Assembly (NCBI GenBank): GCA_045653425.1
Contig: JAZOLU010000008.1
Location: forward strand, 5,975-69,974
DNA from: Acutalibacteraceae bacterium
GTDB taxonomy: Bacteria > Bacillota > Clostridia > Oscillospirales > Acutalibacteraceae
DNA: 64,000 nt
Direction of reading: 5' to 3'
The translations under genes and the position numbers were made by a program. Position 1 is the first letter of the stretch; every line of letters begins with the position of its first letter. The notes beneath the pieces are model-generated. The model was not told the DNA's origin. It ran no database searches and worked only from the letters and a program-made list of their open reading frames with translations. This document shows positions 28,676-36,967 of the stretch, one piece after another.

Positions 28676-29679
28676 GGCGTGTCCACCTCCCCGATATACA
28701 CAATGTCGCTTACTTCGCGTCCGTTTTTATAGGGTTGATTTACCACTTCGTCGCCAAGCGCCATCATAGCGGTGCGCCCGCCGTCCATATTATACGCCGC
28801 GGTGCATCCCAACGATTCAAATAACGAGGATAGTTGTTTCAGCGACATCCCCGCCGAGTAATTGGCTTGTCGCCCGTCTACCAGCACAAACACATAATGC
28901 CCCGGTTCATAATACCCCATAGCACAACGCGGGTGAGCAGAGGTGAGCGAACTGTTAAACTTAAGTTTAGCAGAGCCGTCGTCCGCCAGCAACGCAGGGC
29001 CGAAACTCCACACCTGCCACGCGCCGTTTGCCTGTTCAGTTTCTGCGTTAAATGTACCCTTGGCAAAGGTTTTCATTGTGCCGTCCCTATACAATACGCA
29101 CACGTCGGCACCGCCGTCGGTGTTGCGATACAGAATCCCATTGCGAAGTACGGGGCCGTAATGGCGGCCGTAATAGTCGCCGGAAATGGCCAGCAATGCG
29201 TTGTTGGCAGAGGCGAGGCTTAACACTGGCTCAGATACCCCGCGGCCGTACGTGTCTTTGGCCAACCCTGTGCGAAAACAATCAATCGTGCGCAAATAAA
29301 TATCTGCCACGTAATACGTTATGAGAGATTTACCCTCACCCTGGGTGCGTTGCTCCACGGTGATGGCGATGTTAGGACTGGTGTATGAGCGAGCAGTGCG
29401 TTGTACCGTGTCGGTGAATTTGTCACGGAATTTAGCACCCATGGAAGTGTCCGTTACCTCCTCATCTGAGGGGGCAGAAGCGGACGGCGGGGGAGAACTT
29501 TGCCACTCCTGCGGAATAACGTGGTGAAATAATGCAAACACACAAAGCAGAGCACCGGCAATAACAATGTCCGCCACAAACGCCGCCCACAACGGAAAAC
29601 GGCGGGCGTTCTTTGGTGGTGTTGCGCGGTGCGGGTGTGCGTTGTTAAGAATGACCTGTTCCACCGTGATTTTCTCCAC
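28672..29679 (-). CDS. Phosphodiester glycosidase family protein (DUF2233), N-terminally membrane-anchored
   Basis: A single TM anchor, then ISGDYYG..., HPRCAMGYYEPGHYVFVLVDGRQ... and AYNMDGGRTAMM motifs typical of the NAGPA/DUF2233 fold. GTG start preceded by GGGAGG. Confidence 0.75.
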   Translation of the reverse strand: MEKITVEQVILNNAHPHRATPPKNARRFPLWAAFVADIVIAGALLCVFALFHHVIPQEWQSSPPPSASAPSDEEVTDTSMGAKFRDKFTDTVQRTARSYTSPNIAITVEQRTQGEGKSLITYYVADIYLRTIDCFRTGLAKDTYGRGVSEPVLSLASANNALLAISGDYYGRHYGPVLRNGILYRNTDGGADVCVLYRDGTMKTFAKGTFNAETEQANGAWQVWSFGPALLADDGSAKLKFNSSLTSAHPRCAMGYYEPGHYVFVLVDGRQANYSAGMSLKQLSSLFESLGCTAAYNMDGGRTAMMALGDEVVNQPYKNGREVSDIVYIGEVDTP

Positions 29680-29880
29680 AAGAATGCCTCCCTTCGCAAA
29701 TAATCAAGAAACAATTTTTATTATACACGCTTTGTGTCGAAAAAGCACGAACTTTTTTTGAACACAGTTGGCTTGTTTAAAAAATCGGCGGTAAAACTTG
29801 ACGAAACACCTATATATAGTGTAAAATAACTTTGTGTATACCCTATATTTGGAAAAGGTAAGGCAACGGAGGGAATCTCT

Positions 29881-31863
29881 ATGGCGGCAAAAAAATCCGG
29901 TTACGGCAACGAAAGCATCTCCTCGCTGAAAGGTGCTGACCGTGTTCGCAAACGGCCGGGCGTTATTTTTGGCTCGGATGGTTTGGAAGGTTGTGAACAC
30001 GCTGTTTTTGAAATTTTGTCCAACTCCATTGACGAAGCGCGTGAGGGGCACGGCAAAAAAATTGTGATTACTCGGTATGAGGATGGCTCGTTTGAGGTAC
30101 AGGATTTTGGGCGAGGCATTCCCGTGGAATACAACCCCAAAGAGGAACGGTATAACTGGGAATTGATTTTTTGCGAAATGTACGCCGGCGGTAAATACAA
30201 TACCAACGAAAGCGAAAACTACGAATACTCGCTGGGGCTTAACGGTTTGGGCGCGTGTGCCACGCAGTATTCTTCGGAGTATATGGATGTGGAAGTACGG
30301 CGTGACGGGTTTCGGTATACGTTGCACTTTGAACACGGCGAGAACGTGGGCGGCTTGCAAAAAGAGCCCTATGCCAAGCGGGATACCGGCACAACAATTC
30401 GCTGGAAACCCGACTTGCAGGTGTTTACGGACATTGCCGTACCGGTGGAGTATTTTCGCGATATTTTGAAGCGGCAAGCGGTGGTTAACCCCAACCTGTT
30501 ATTTGTGTTGCGCTGGCAAAATGGGCGCAGTTTTGATACTGAGGAATTTGTGTACGAAAACGGCATTGCCGACTATGTGCGTGAACTGGCGGGCGAACAG
30601 GCAATGACGGACGTGCAAGTTTGGTCGGCGGAACGCCGTGGGCGTGACCGCGAGGACAAGCCCGATTACAAGGTGAAACTGAATGTGGCACTGTGTTTTT
30701 CCAACAAAACCAATTTGTTGGAATATTACCACAATTCCAGTTGGTTGGAACACGGCGGCGCGCCGGAAAAGGCGGTGCGCTCGGTATTTGTATCGCAAAT
30801 TGATGCGTATTTGCGGCAAAACGGCAAGTATTTGAAAAACGAAAGTAAAATCACGTTCCAAGACGTGCAGGATTGTTTGGTGTTGGTCTCGTCCTCTTTT
30901 TCTACACAGACATCGTATGAAAACCAAACCAAAAAATCCATCACCAACAAGTTTATACAAGAGGCCATGGCGGACTTTTTACGCCACAACTTGGAAGTAT
31001 ACTTTTTGGAAAACAAGGCAGAGGCAACGCGTTTAACTGAGCAGGTGCTTATTAACAAGCGTAGCCGTGAAAAGGCAGAGACCACCCGCCTCAATTTGAA
31101 AAAAACGTTACAATCCGGCAACGATTTGGCCTCCCGCGTGCCGGGGTTTGTGGATTGCCGCACTCGCGACGTAGCCCAGCGCGAACTGTTTATTGTGGAA
31201 GGCAAATCTGCTATGGGTGCGTGCATTCAGGCGCGCAATTCGGAATTTCAGGCAATCATTCCCGTGCGTGGTAAAATCCTCAATTGCTTAAAAGCGGAAA
31301 TGGACAAGATTTTCAAAAGTGAGATTATTGTTAACTTGCTGAAAGTAATGGGATGCGGGGTAGAGGTGAAATCCAAATCCAACAAAAATTTAGCCACGTT
31401 TGACTTGTCGCAACTGCGGTTTTCCAAAATTATTATTTGTACCGATGCGGACGTGGACGGGTTCCAAATTCGCACCTTAATACTCACAATGTTGTATCGG
31501 TTAACCCCCACGTTGATTGACAAAGGCTATGTGTTTATTGCGGAAACGCCGTTGTATGAGATTAATACAAAAACCGACACGTATTTTGCGTATAATGACC
31601 GCGAAAAAGTGGAAATTTTGGAAGAAATCGGCGATGTTAAATATACCATTCAACGCTCCAAAGGGTTGGGCGAAAACGAGCCGCAAATGATGTCGCTTAC
31701 CACAATGAACCCCGCCACGCGCCGTTTGGTAAAGGTAAACCCGTGCGACGTGGAGGAAACCGCGCATATGTTTGACGTGTTATTGGGTGACGATTTGGAC
31801 GGCCGCAAACAGATAATTGCCGAGCGCGGCGCGGAATACATTGATATGCTGGATTTACAGTGA
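29881..31863 (+). CDS. parE: Type IIA topoisomerase subunit B (ParE-like / second GyrB paralog)
   Basis: GHKL ATPase N-terminus (RKRPGVIFGS..., EILSNSIDEA), a transducer domain and a Toprim domain (ELFIVEGKSA, DADVDG). 660 aa. Confidence 0.85.
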   Translation: MAAKKSGYGNESISSLKGADRVRKRPGVIFGSDGLEGCEHAVFEILSNSIDEAREGHGKKIVITRYEDGSFEVQDFGRGIPVEYNPKEERYNWELIFCEMYAGGKYNTNESENYEYSLGLNGLGACATQYSSEYMDVEVRRDGFRYTLHFEHGENVGGLQKEPYAKRDTGTTIRWKPDLQVFTDIAVPVEYFRDILKRQAVVNPNLLFVLRWQNGRSFDTEEFVYENGIADYVRELAGEQAMTDVQVWSAERRGRDREDKPDYKVKLNVALCFSNKTNLLEYYHNSSWLEHGGAPEKAVRSVFVSQIDAYLRQNGKYLKNESKITFQDVQDCLVLVSSSFSTQTSYENQTKKSITNKFIQEAMADFLRHNLEVYFLENKAEATRLTEQVLINKRSREKAETTRLNLKKTLQSGNDLASRVPGFVDCRTRDVAQRELFIVEGKSAMGACIQARNSEFQAIIPVRGKILNCLKAEMDKIFKSEIIVNLLKVMGCGVEVKSKSNKNLATFDLSQLRFSKIIICTDADVDGFQIRTLILTMLYRLTPTLIDKGYVFIAETPLYEINTKTDTYFAYNDREKVEILEEIGDVKYTIQRSKGLGENEPQMMSLTTMNPATRRLVKVNPCDVEETAHMFDVLLGDDLDGRKQIIAERGAEYIDMLDLQ

Positions 31864-31877
31864 GGGGAGGGACATAA

Positions 31878-34127
31878 ATGGCTACCAAGAAAAGCAAAAA
31901 GGTGGTTGCCGAACCGGGCAAACTGCCGCCGAATGCCCACATTGCCGGCGCGGGCGAAGTAGAACAACAGGCGATTGTGGATACGTTGCAAGAAAACTAT
32001 ATGCCGTACGCGATGAGTGTGATTATGTCCCGCGCCATTCCGGAAATTGATGGCTTTAAGCCCTCGCACCGCAAATTGTTGTATACGATGTATAAAATGG
32101 GGCTGCTGAACGGCAGTTTAATTAAATCCGCGAACATTGCGGGGCAGACAATGCGACTTAACCCCCACGGCGACGCCGCCATTTACGATACCATGGTGCG
32201 CCTTTCCCGCGGGAACGAATCGTTGTTGCACCCGTACGTGGAATCCAAGGGCAACTTTGGTAAGGCCTATTCTTCGGATATTGAATGTGCCGCTTCGCGG
32301 TACACCGAGGCAAAGTTGGCACCGATTGCGGCAGAATTGTTCCGCGATATTGATAAAGAAACCGTCGATTTTGTGGATAACTACGATGCCACTATGAAAG
32401 AACCGTCGTTATTGCCGGTAACGTTCCCCTCCATTTTGGTAAATAACAACTTGGGTATCGCCGTGGGTATGGCCAGCAACATTTGCTCGTTTAATTTGGC
32501 AGAGGTGTGTGAAACTGCCATTGCGCTGATACGCGACCCCGCGCACGATTTGTTATCTACCCTGCAAGCCCCGGATTTCCCCAGCGGCGGCCAACTCATT
32601 TATCGCCGCGAGGATTTGGAGAAAATTTACGAAACCGGTCGCGGCAGTGTGCGTGTTCGCGCCGTGTACCAATACGATAAGTCTAACAACTGTTTGGATA
32701 TTACGCAAATCCCCTATTCCACCACGGTGGAGGCCATTGTCGGCAAAGTAACGGAATTGGTAAAAAGCGGGAAACTGCGCGAGATTAACGATATCCGCAA
32801 CGAAACGGATTTAAGTGGTCTGAAAATCACCATCGACTTAAAGCGCGGCACCGACCCCGACAAGGTAATGAGCAAATTGTACGCCGCTACGCCGTTGGAG
32901 GATGCGTTTGGGTGTAACTTTAACGTGCTGATTGCCGGCGTGCCGCAGGTGCTGGGCGTGCGTGCCTTGTTTGAGGAGTGGACGGCATTCCGCATTGAGT
33001 GTGTCCGCCGCCGCGTGGTGTACGATTTGAATAAGGCCAAAGACAAATTGCACTTGCTTAAAGGTCTGCAAAAGATTTTGCTGGACATTGACAAAGCGGT
33101 GCGCATTGTTCGCGAAACCGAGGAGGAAGCCGAGGTTGTTCCCAACTTAATGATTGGGTTTGGCATTGATGAGACACAAGCGGAATACGTGGCGGAAATT
33201 AAATTGCGCCATCTCAACCGCGAGTATATCCTCAAACGGTTGGACGAGGTGGAACGGCTGGAAGCAGAGATTGCCGAAATGCAGGAAACGCTCAGCAGTT
33301 CCCGCCGCATTAAGTCGATTATTATTGACGAACTGCGCACCGTGGCTAAAAAGTACGGACAACCGCGCCGTACCACGTTGTTGTACGCTTCGGATTTGGA
33401 GGAGGAACGTGAAGCCGAGGAGGCGGATATTCCGGAATATCCCTGCACGTTGTTCTTTACGGCGGAGGGGTACTTCAAAAAAATTACGCCGCAGTCGTTG
33501 CGTATGAGCAGTGAACACAAACTGAAAGAGGGCGACCACATTGTGCAAACGGTGGAGAGCAACAATCGCCAAGAACTGTTGTTTTTTACCAATGCCGGCA
33601 CGGTGTACAAAACACGCGCCTCGGATTTTGCGGATACAAAGGCCAGCGTGTTGGGCGAGTACGTTGCCGCAAAACTGGGTTTTGACGAGGGCGAAAAAGC
33701 CGTGTTTATGGCAGTGACAAACGATTACAGCGGCTACTTGGTATTTTTCTTTGAAAACGGCAAAGCCGCCAAAGTGGAACTGGCATCGTATGCCACCAAG
33801 ACCAATCGCCGTAAACTGGTGGGTGCGTTTTCGGATAAATCGCCGCTGGTGGCGATGTTCCAACTGCCGCAAGACAGTGAATTTTTTGTGGGTTCTACCG
33901 CAGGCCGTCGCTTGATTGTGCACACGGGAGCCATTGCCGTTAAAACCACCCGCAACACGCAGGGCGTGCAGGTGTTAACGCTAAAAGGTCAGCATCGTTT
34001 GGAATCGGTTGTTCCGTTTGTGGAATCCATGGTGGTTAAGCCGGCGCGTTACCGCACCCGTTCACTGCCCGCCGCCGGTGCTGTTCTGTCTGCGGAGGAT
34101 GTGGGAGAACAGTTGACGTTACTGTAA
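31878..34127 (+). CDS. parC: Type IIA topoisomerase subunit A (ParC-like)
   Basis: YAMSVIMSRAIPEIDGFKPSHRKLLY, catalytic AASRYTEAKL, and a short beta-pinwheel C-terminal domain. 749 aa. Confidence 0.85.
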   Translation: MATKKSKKVVAEPGKLPPNAHIAGAGEVEQQAIVDTLQENYMPYAMSVIMSRAIPEIDGFKPSHRKLLYTMYKMGLLNGSLIKSANIAGQTMRLNPHGDAAIYDTMVRLSRGNESLLHPYVESKGNFGKAYSSDIECAASRYTEAKLAPIAAELFRDIDKETVDFVDNYDATMKEPSLLPVTFPSILVNNNLGIAVGMASNICSFNLAEVCETAIALIRDPAHDLLSTLQAPDFPSGGQLIYRREDLEKIYETGRGSVRVRAVYQYDKSNNCLDITQIPYSTTVEAIVGKVTELVKSGKLREINDIRNETDLSGLKITIDLKRGTDPDKVMSKLYAATPLEDAFGCNFNVLIAGVPQVLGVRALFEEWTAFRIECVRRRVVYDLNKAKDKLHLLKGLQKILLDIDKAVRIVRETEEEAEVVPNLMIGFGIDETQAEYVAEIKLRHLNREYILKRLDEVERLEAEIAEMQETLSSSRRIKSIIIDELRTVAKKYGQPRRTTLLYASDLEEEREAEEADIPEYPCTLFFTAEGYFKKITPQSLRMSSEHKLKEGDHIVQTVESNNRQELLFFTNAGTVYKTRASDFADTKASVLGEYVAAKLGFDEGEKAVFMAVTNDYSGYLVFFFENGKAAKVELASYATKTNRRKLVGAFSDKSPLVAMFQLPQDSEFFVGSTAGRRLIVHTGAIAVKTTRNTQGVQVLTLKGQHRLESVVPFVESMVVKPARYRTRSLPAAGAVLSAEDVGEQLTLL

Positions 34128-34129
34128 TA

Positions 34130-34168
34130 AAAAATCACTGCCGGAAAACAATTTTTCCGGCAGTGATT
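34130..34168. terminator. Hairpin after parC
   Basis: A stem of about 16 bp, aatcactgccggaaaa/tttttccggcagtgatt. The A-run lies upstream, so the U-tract is on the minus strand only. Confidence 0.5.
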
Positions 34169-34192
34169 GGCAACAAATACAGCAAACGCAAG

Positions 34193-34232
34193 CGGGCAAT
34201 GTATCTGTGCCACGGTTAGATTGCCCGTTTTA
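34193..34232 (+). terminator. Second intrinsic terminator in the parC-secG spacer
   Basis: Stem cgggcaat/attgcccg (34193-34200/34220-34227) followed by TTTT. Confidence 0.5.
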
Positions 34233-34333
34233 CCAAAAAAGATACACAACATAAAAATGTACTTGCGTTTTTTGTTTGTTTGTGCTACTATAATAGGCGT
34301 AACTTTGTGGATATGTTCAGGGAGGACTTAATT

Positions 34334-34588
34334 ATGACCGTTTGGGAGTATGTTATTGGTGCTGTTTTAATTGTTTTTTCGTTAATCATCATCGGCGTGG
34401 TGTTGTTGCAAGAGGGCCGCGAGGCCAACATCGGTGCCATTTCCGGCGCGGCGGACACGTTTTTTGACAAAGGCCGTGCCCGCACGTTGGATGCGTTTTT
34501 GGCGCGGTGGACAAAATGGCTGGCTGTCATTTTCTTTGTGCTGGTGTTGGCGGGTATGCTCATCACCAAGTTTTTGGGTGCTAAATAA
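34334..34588 (+). CDS. secG: Preprotein translocase subunit SecG
   Basis: About 84 aa with two TM segments and the LLQEGR motif region (VVLLQEGREANIGAISG). RBS GGGAGGA lies upstream. Confidence 0.88.
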   Translation: MTVWEYVIGAVLIVFSLIIIGVVLLQEGREANIGAISGAADTFFDKGRARTLDAFLARWTKWLAVIFFVLVLAGMLITKFLGAK

Positions 34589-34600
34589 TTTGGTTTGTTG

Positions 34601-34638
34601 TAAAAGCTCCTGTGCTTCGGCATGGGAGCTTTTTGTGT
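34601..34638 (+). terminator. Intrinsic terminator after secG
   Basis: Stem aagctcc...gggagctt around a ttcg tetraloop sub-stem, followed by TTTTGTG. Confidence 0.7.
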
Positions 34639-34665
34639 AAAAAGAATGGAAGAAAAGACTATTTG

Positions 34666-34708
34666 CGCCCCCTCTTGCGTAAAGTAAAAGCAAGAGGGGG
34701 CGTTTGTT
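34666..34708 (+). promoter_or_regulatory. 13-bp GC-rich hairpin plus TTTGTT that sequesters the bofA Shine-Dalgarno
   Basis: cgccccctcttgc (34666-34678) pairs with gcaagagggggcg (34690-34702). The 3' arm holds the only SD-like sequence (GAGGGGG), 8 nt before the bofA ATG at 34709. Confidence 0.5.
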
Positions 34709-34978
34709 ATGGCGTGGTGGGTAACGGCGGTGTGCATTGGTGCGCTCACGGTGTTAACGGTGTGGTTGTTTATCACGTTGTTCCACACCGGAAAACCAAT
34801 ACGCAGTCTGTTGAGCAGTGGGTTACAGGGCGCGTGTGCGTTGGCGGCGGTTAATGTTACGGGGGCACTTGCCGGTGTTTCGCTGGGGCTTAATTGGTTG
34901 TCGGCGGTGGCTTGCGTGGCACTGGGGGTGCCGGGAGTTATCGGGCTGCTTTTGTTGCAAGTAATTTGCCGAGTGTAA
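34709..34978 (+). CDS. bofA: Pro-sigmaK processing inhibitor BofA
   Basis: 89-aa membrane protein. KPIRSLL..., AAVNV..G and the C-terminal LGVPGVIGLLLL motif parallel B. subtilis BofA. Confidence 0.85.
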   Translation: MAWWVTAVCIGALTVLTVWLFITLFHTGKPIRSLLSSGLQGACALAAVNVTGALAGVSLGLNWLSAVACVALGVPGVIGLLLLQVICRV

Positions 34979-35025
34979 TTGCAAAGTTTGCACGAATGTG
35001 GTACACTGGCGATGGGTGAGAGAGT

Positions 35026-35859
35026 ATGAAGTTGCCGCACAGTCAAACATTAACTGCCAACAATAAAGACGGCGTTATTTATTACAGTTTTCCCGCGTTT
35101 GATGCCATACCGTTTGTCCGCCACGGCTTTTCCACGCGCGTGGGCGGTGTGAGTACCGGTATATACGCGAGTATGAATTTGAGTTTTACGCGTGGTGATG
35201 ACCCACAGTGTGTGCGGGAAAATTTTGACCGTTTTTGTGCCGCGGTGGGGGTGGACAGCCGCCACGCCGTGGTGGCGGCGCAGGAACATCACACGGTGGT
35301 GTACAACGCCACCGCCGCCGACCGTGGACGCGGCGTGTACCGTGAACGGGGGTATACCGATATTGACGGGTTGCTCACCAGTGAGCCGAATGTGGTGTTG
35401 TTCACGCAATATGCCGATTGTGTGCCGCTGTTTTTTGTTGACCCTGTTCGGCGCGTGGTGGGCACGGCTCATGCCGGCTGGCGTGGCACGGCGGCGGGTA
35501 TGGGCGCCGTTATGGTGGAGCGTATGGTGGCGGATTACGGTTGCCGCCGTGAGGATATTTTGGCGGCGGTGGGTCCCTCCATCGGTCCGTGCTGTTTTGA
35601 GGTGGATGAACCGGTACGGCAAGCATTTGCGGAAGCGTTTCCGTTTTCTGCGGCGTGTATCGTGGTGGGCGAGGGCGGCAAAAGCCACATTGATTTGTGG
35701 GAGATAAATCGCCGCACGTTGCTTTTGGCGGGAATTACTGCCGAGCATATCACGGTAACGGATGTGTGTACCCGTTGTTACCCGGAGTTGTTGTGGTCAC
35801 ACCGCGCTACCGGCGGTGAGCGCGGCAGTTTGGCGGGGTGCATTGCCATTGGTGAATAA
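35026..35859 (+). CDS. pgeF: Peptidoglycan editing factor PgeF / YfiH (DUF152, laccase-domain) protein
   Basis: Motifs TQYADCVPL, HAGWRGT and GPCCFEV are typical of the YfiH family. Confidence 0.88.
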   Translation: MKLPHSQTLTANNKDGVIYYSFPAFDAIPFVRHGFSTRVGGVSTGIYASMNLSFTRGDDPQCVRENFDRFCAAVGVDSRHAVVAAQEHHTVVYNATAADRGRGVYRERGYTDIDGLLTSEPNVVLFTQYADCVPLFFVDPVRRVVGTAHAGWRGTAAGMGAVMVERMVADYGCRREDILAAVGPSIGPCCFEVDEPVRQAFAEAFPFSAACIVVGEGGKSHIDLWEINRRTLLLAGITAEHITVTDVCTRCYPELLWSHRATGGERGSLAGCIAIGE

Positions 35860-35862
35860 TGC

Positions 35863-35899
35863 AAAGTCCGACGAATCGCACGATTCGTCGGACTTTTTT
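35863..35899. terminator. Bidirectional terminator between pgeF and the pseudouridine synthase gene
   Basis: A 15-bp stem aaagtccgacgaatc/gattcgtcggacttt with a 4-nt loop, flanked by A and T runs. Confidence 0.8.
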
Positions 35900-35904
35900 G
35901 TGGT

Positions 35905-36867
35905 TTATAGGTTGCCGGTGCAAAATTCATCGGCGAACCAAACGTTGGGTAATGTGAATTCACGTCCGTTTAAATAATTCAGTTCGCCCGCATCGTCAGT
36001 AAAAGCAAATTTCAAGCGGTACGAGCACAGTGCTTGTTTGTGAAACCCTGTGCCTTTGTTTAAGTCGTTGGTGCCGTACTTGCCATCTCCCAACAACGGG
36101 TGACCAATGGAGGCGAGATGCGCCCGAATTTGGTGGGTACGTCCGGTGAGTAATTCAATCTCCAAAAGCGACAATCCGTTATGTTCTTTCAATACCCGAT
36201 ACCGCGTGGCAATGGTACGCGCGCCACGTTGTTGGTGCTCAGAAACGTATACGCGGTTTTGCGCCTCGTTTTTTTGTAAAAAGCCGTGCAGCGTATCCTC
36301 AGGCTTTTCCAAATGCCCGTGTACCAAACACAGGTAATATTTTTCAATTTCACGGCGGCGCAGTTTTTCGTTCAAAATACGCAGTGCAGCGGCGGTTTTG
36401 GCGGCAATCACAATGCCGCAAGTGTTGCGGTCAATGCGGTTCACCAGCGCGGGAGCAAAACTGGCTTCGTCCTGCGGGGCGTATTCGCCCTTTTCAAACA
36501 AGTAGCGTTGAACGCGAAAAATCAGCGTATCGCGGTATTCCTCAGTATCCGGGTGTACCAGTAACCCCACCGGCTTGTTGAGCAACAAAATATGCTCATC
36601 CTCATACACAATATCCAATTTGGTACCGGCGTGCATAAATTCGTATACCGGCGCGGCACATTCCAAAAATTCGTCCGGTGCGTAAACGGCAACCACATCG
36701 CCTTCTTCCAACCGCTGCGAGATGGTGCAACGTTTGCGATTGACTTTAATATCTTTTTGGCGAATGTATTTGTACATCATTGATACCGGCAAATTCGGAA
36801 ACGCTTTGGTCAAAAAGCGGTCCACGCGTTGACCGGCATCGTTTTTTGCAATGGTGAGTTGTTTCAT
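35905..36867 (-). CDS. RluA-family 23S rRNA pseudouridine synthase (RluC/RluD-like) with S4 domain
   Basis: N-terminal S4 motif (QRVDRFL...IKVNRKR), catalytic NRIDRNTCG, and the THQIRAHLASIGHPLLGD motif. Confidence 0.9.
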   Translation of the reverse strand: MKQLTIAKNDAGQRVDRFLTKAFPNLPVSMMYKYIRQKDIKVNRKRCTISQRLEEGDVVAVYAPDEFLECAAPVYEFMHAGTKLDIVYEDEHILLLNKPVGLLVHPDTEEYRDTLIFRVQRYLFEKGEYAPQDEASFAPALVNRIDRNTCGIVIAAKTAAALRILNEKLRRREIEKYYLCLVHGHLEKPEDTLHGFLQKNEAQNRVYVSEHQQRGARTIATRYRVLKEHNGLSLLEIELLTGRTHQIRAHLASIGHPLLGDGKYGTNDLNKGTGFHKQALCSYRLKFAFTDDAGELNYLNGREFTLPNVWFADEFCTGNL

Positions 36868-36967
36868 TTATCAGCCCTCCAAAACACAGTATACCGCATC
36901 TGACCCGCAAACACAAGAGGTTTCATAACACACGGTGCGGCGGGTATACTGATGGTGAGGTGATACA

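Noticed and set aside
29704-30477. Long antisense or overlapping ORFs inside well-supported genes. Examples: 29704-30477, 4705-5340, 19129-19911, 22413-23015, 23493-24269, 33147-33923, 35050-35748, 40382-41065, 41514-42245, 43424-44191, 47559-48347, 16622-17434 and 62260-62874.
   Set aside because: They are shadow ORFs typical of GC-rich coding DNA. Their composition is Arg/His/Pro/Gly-rich and low-complexity, they have no RBS and no family resemblance, and each is fully embedded in a conserved gene on the other strand or in another frame.
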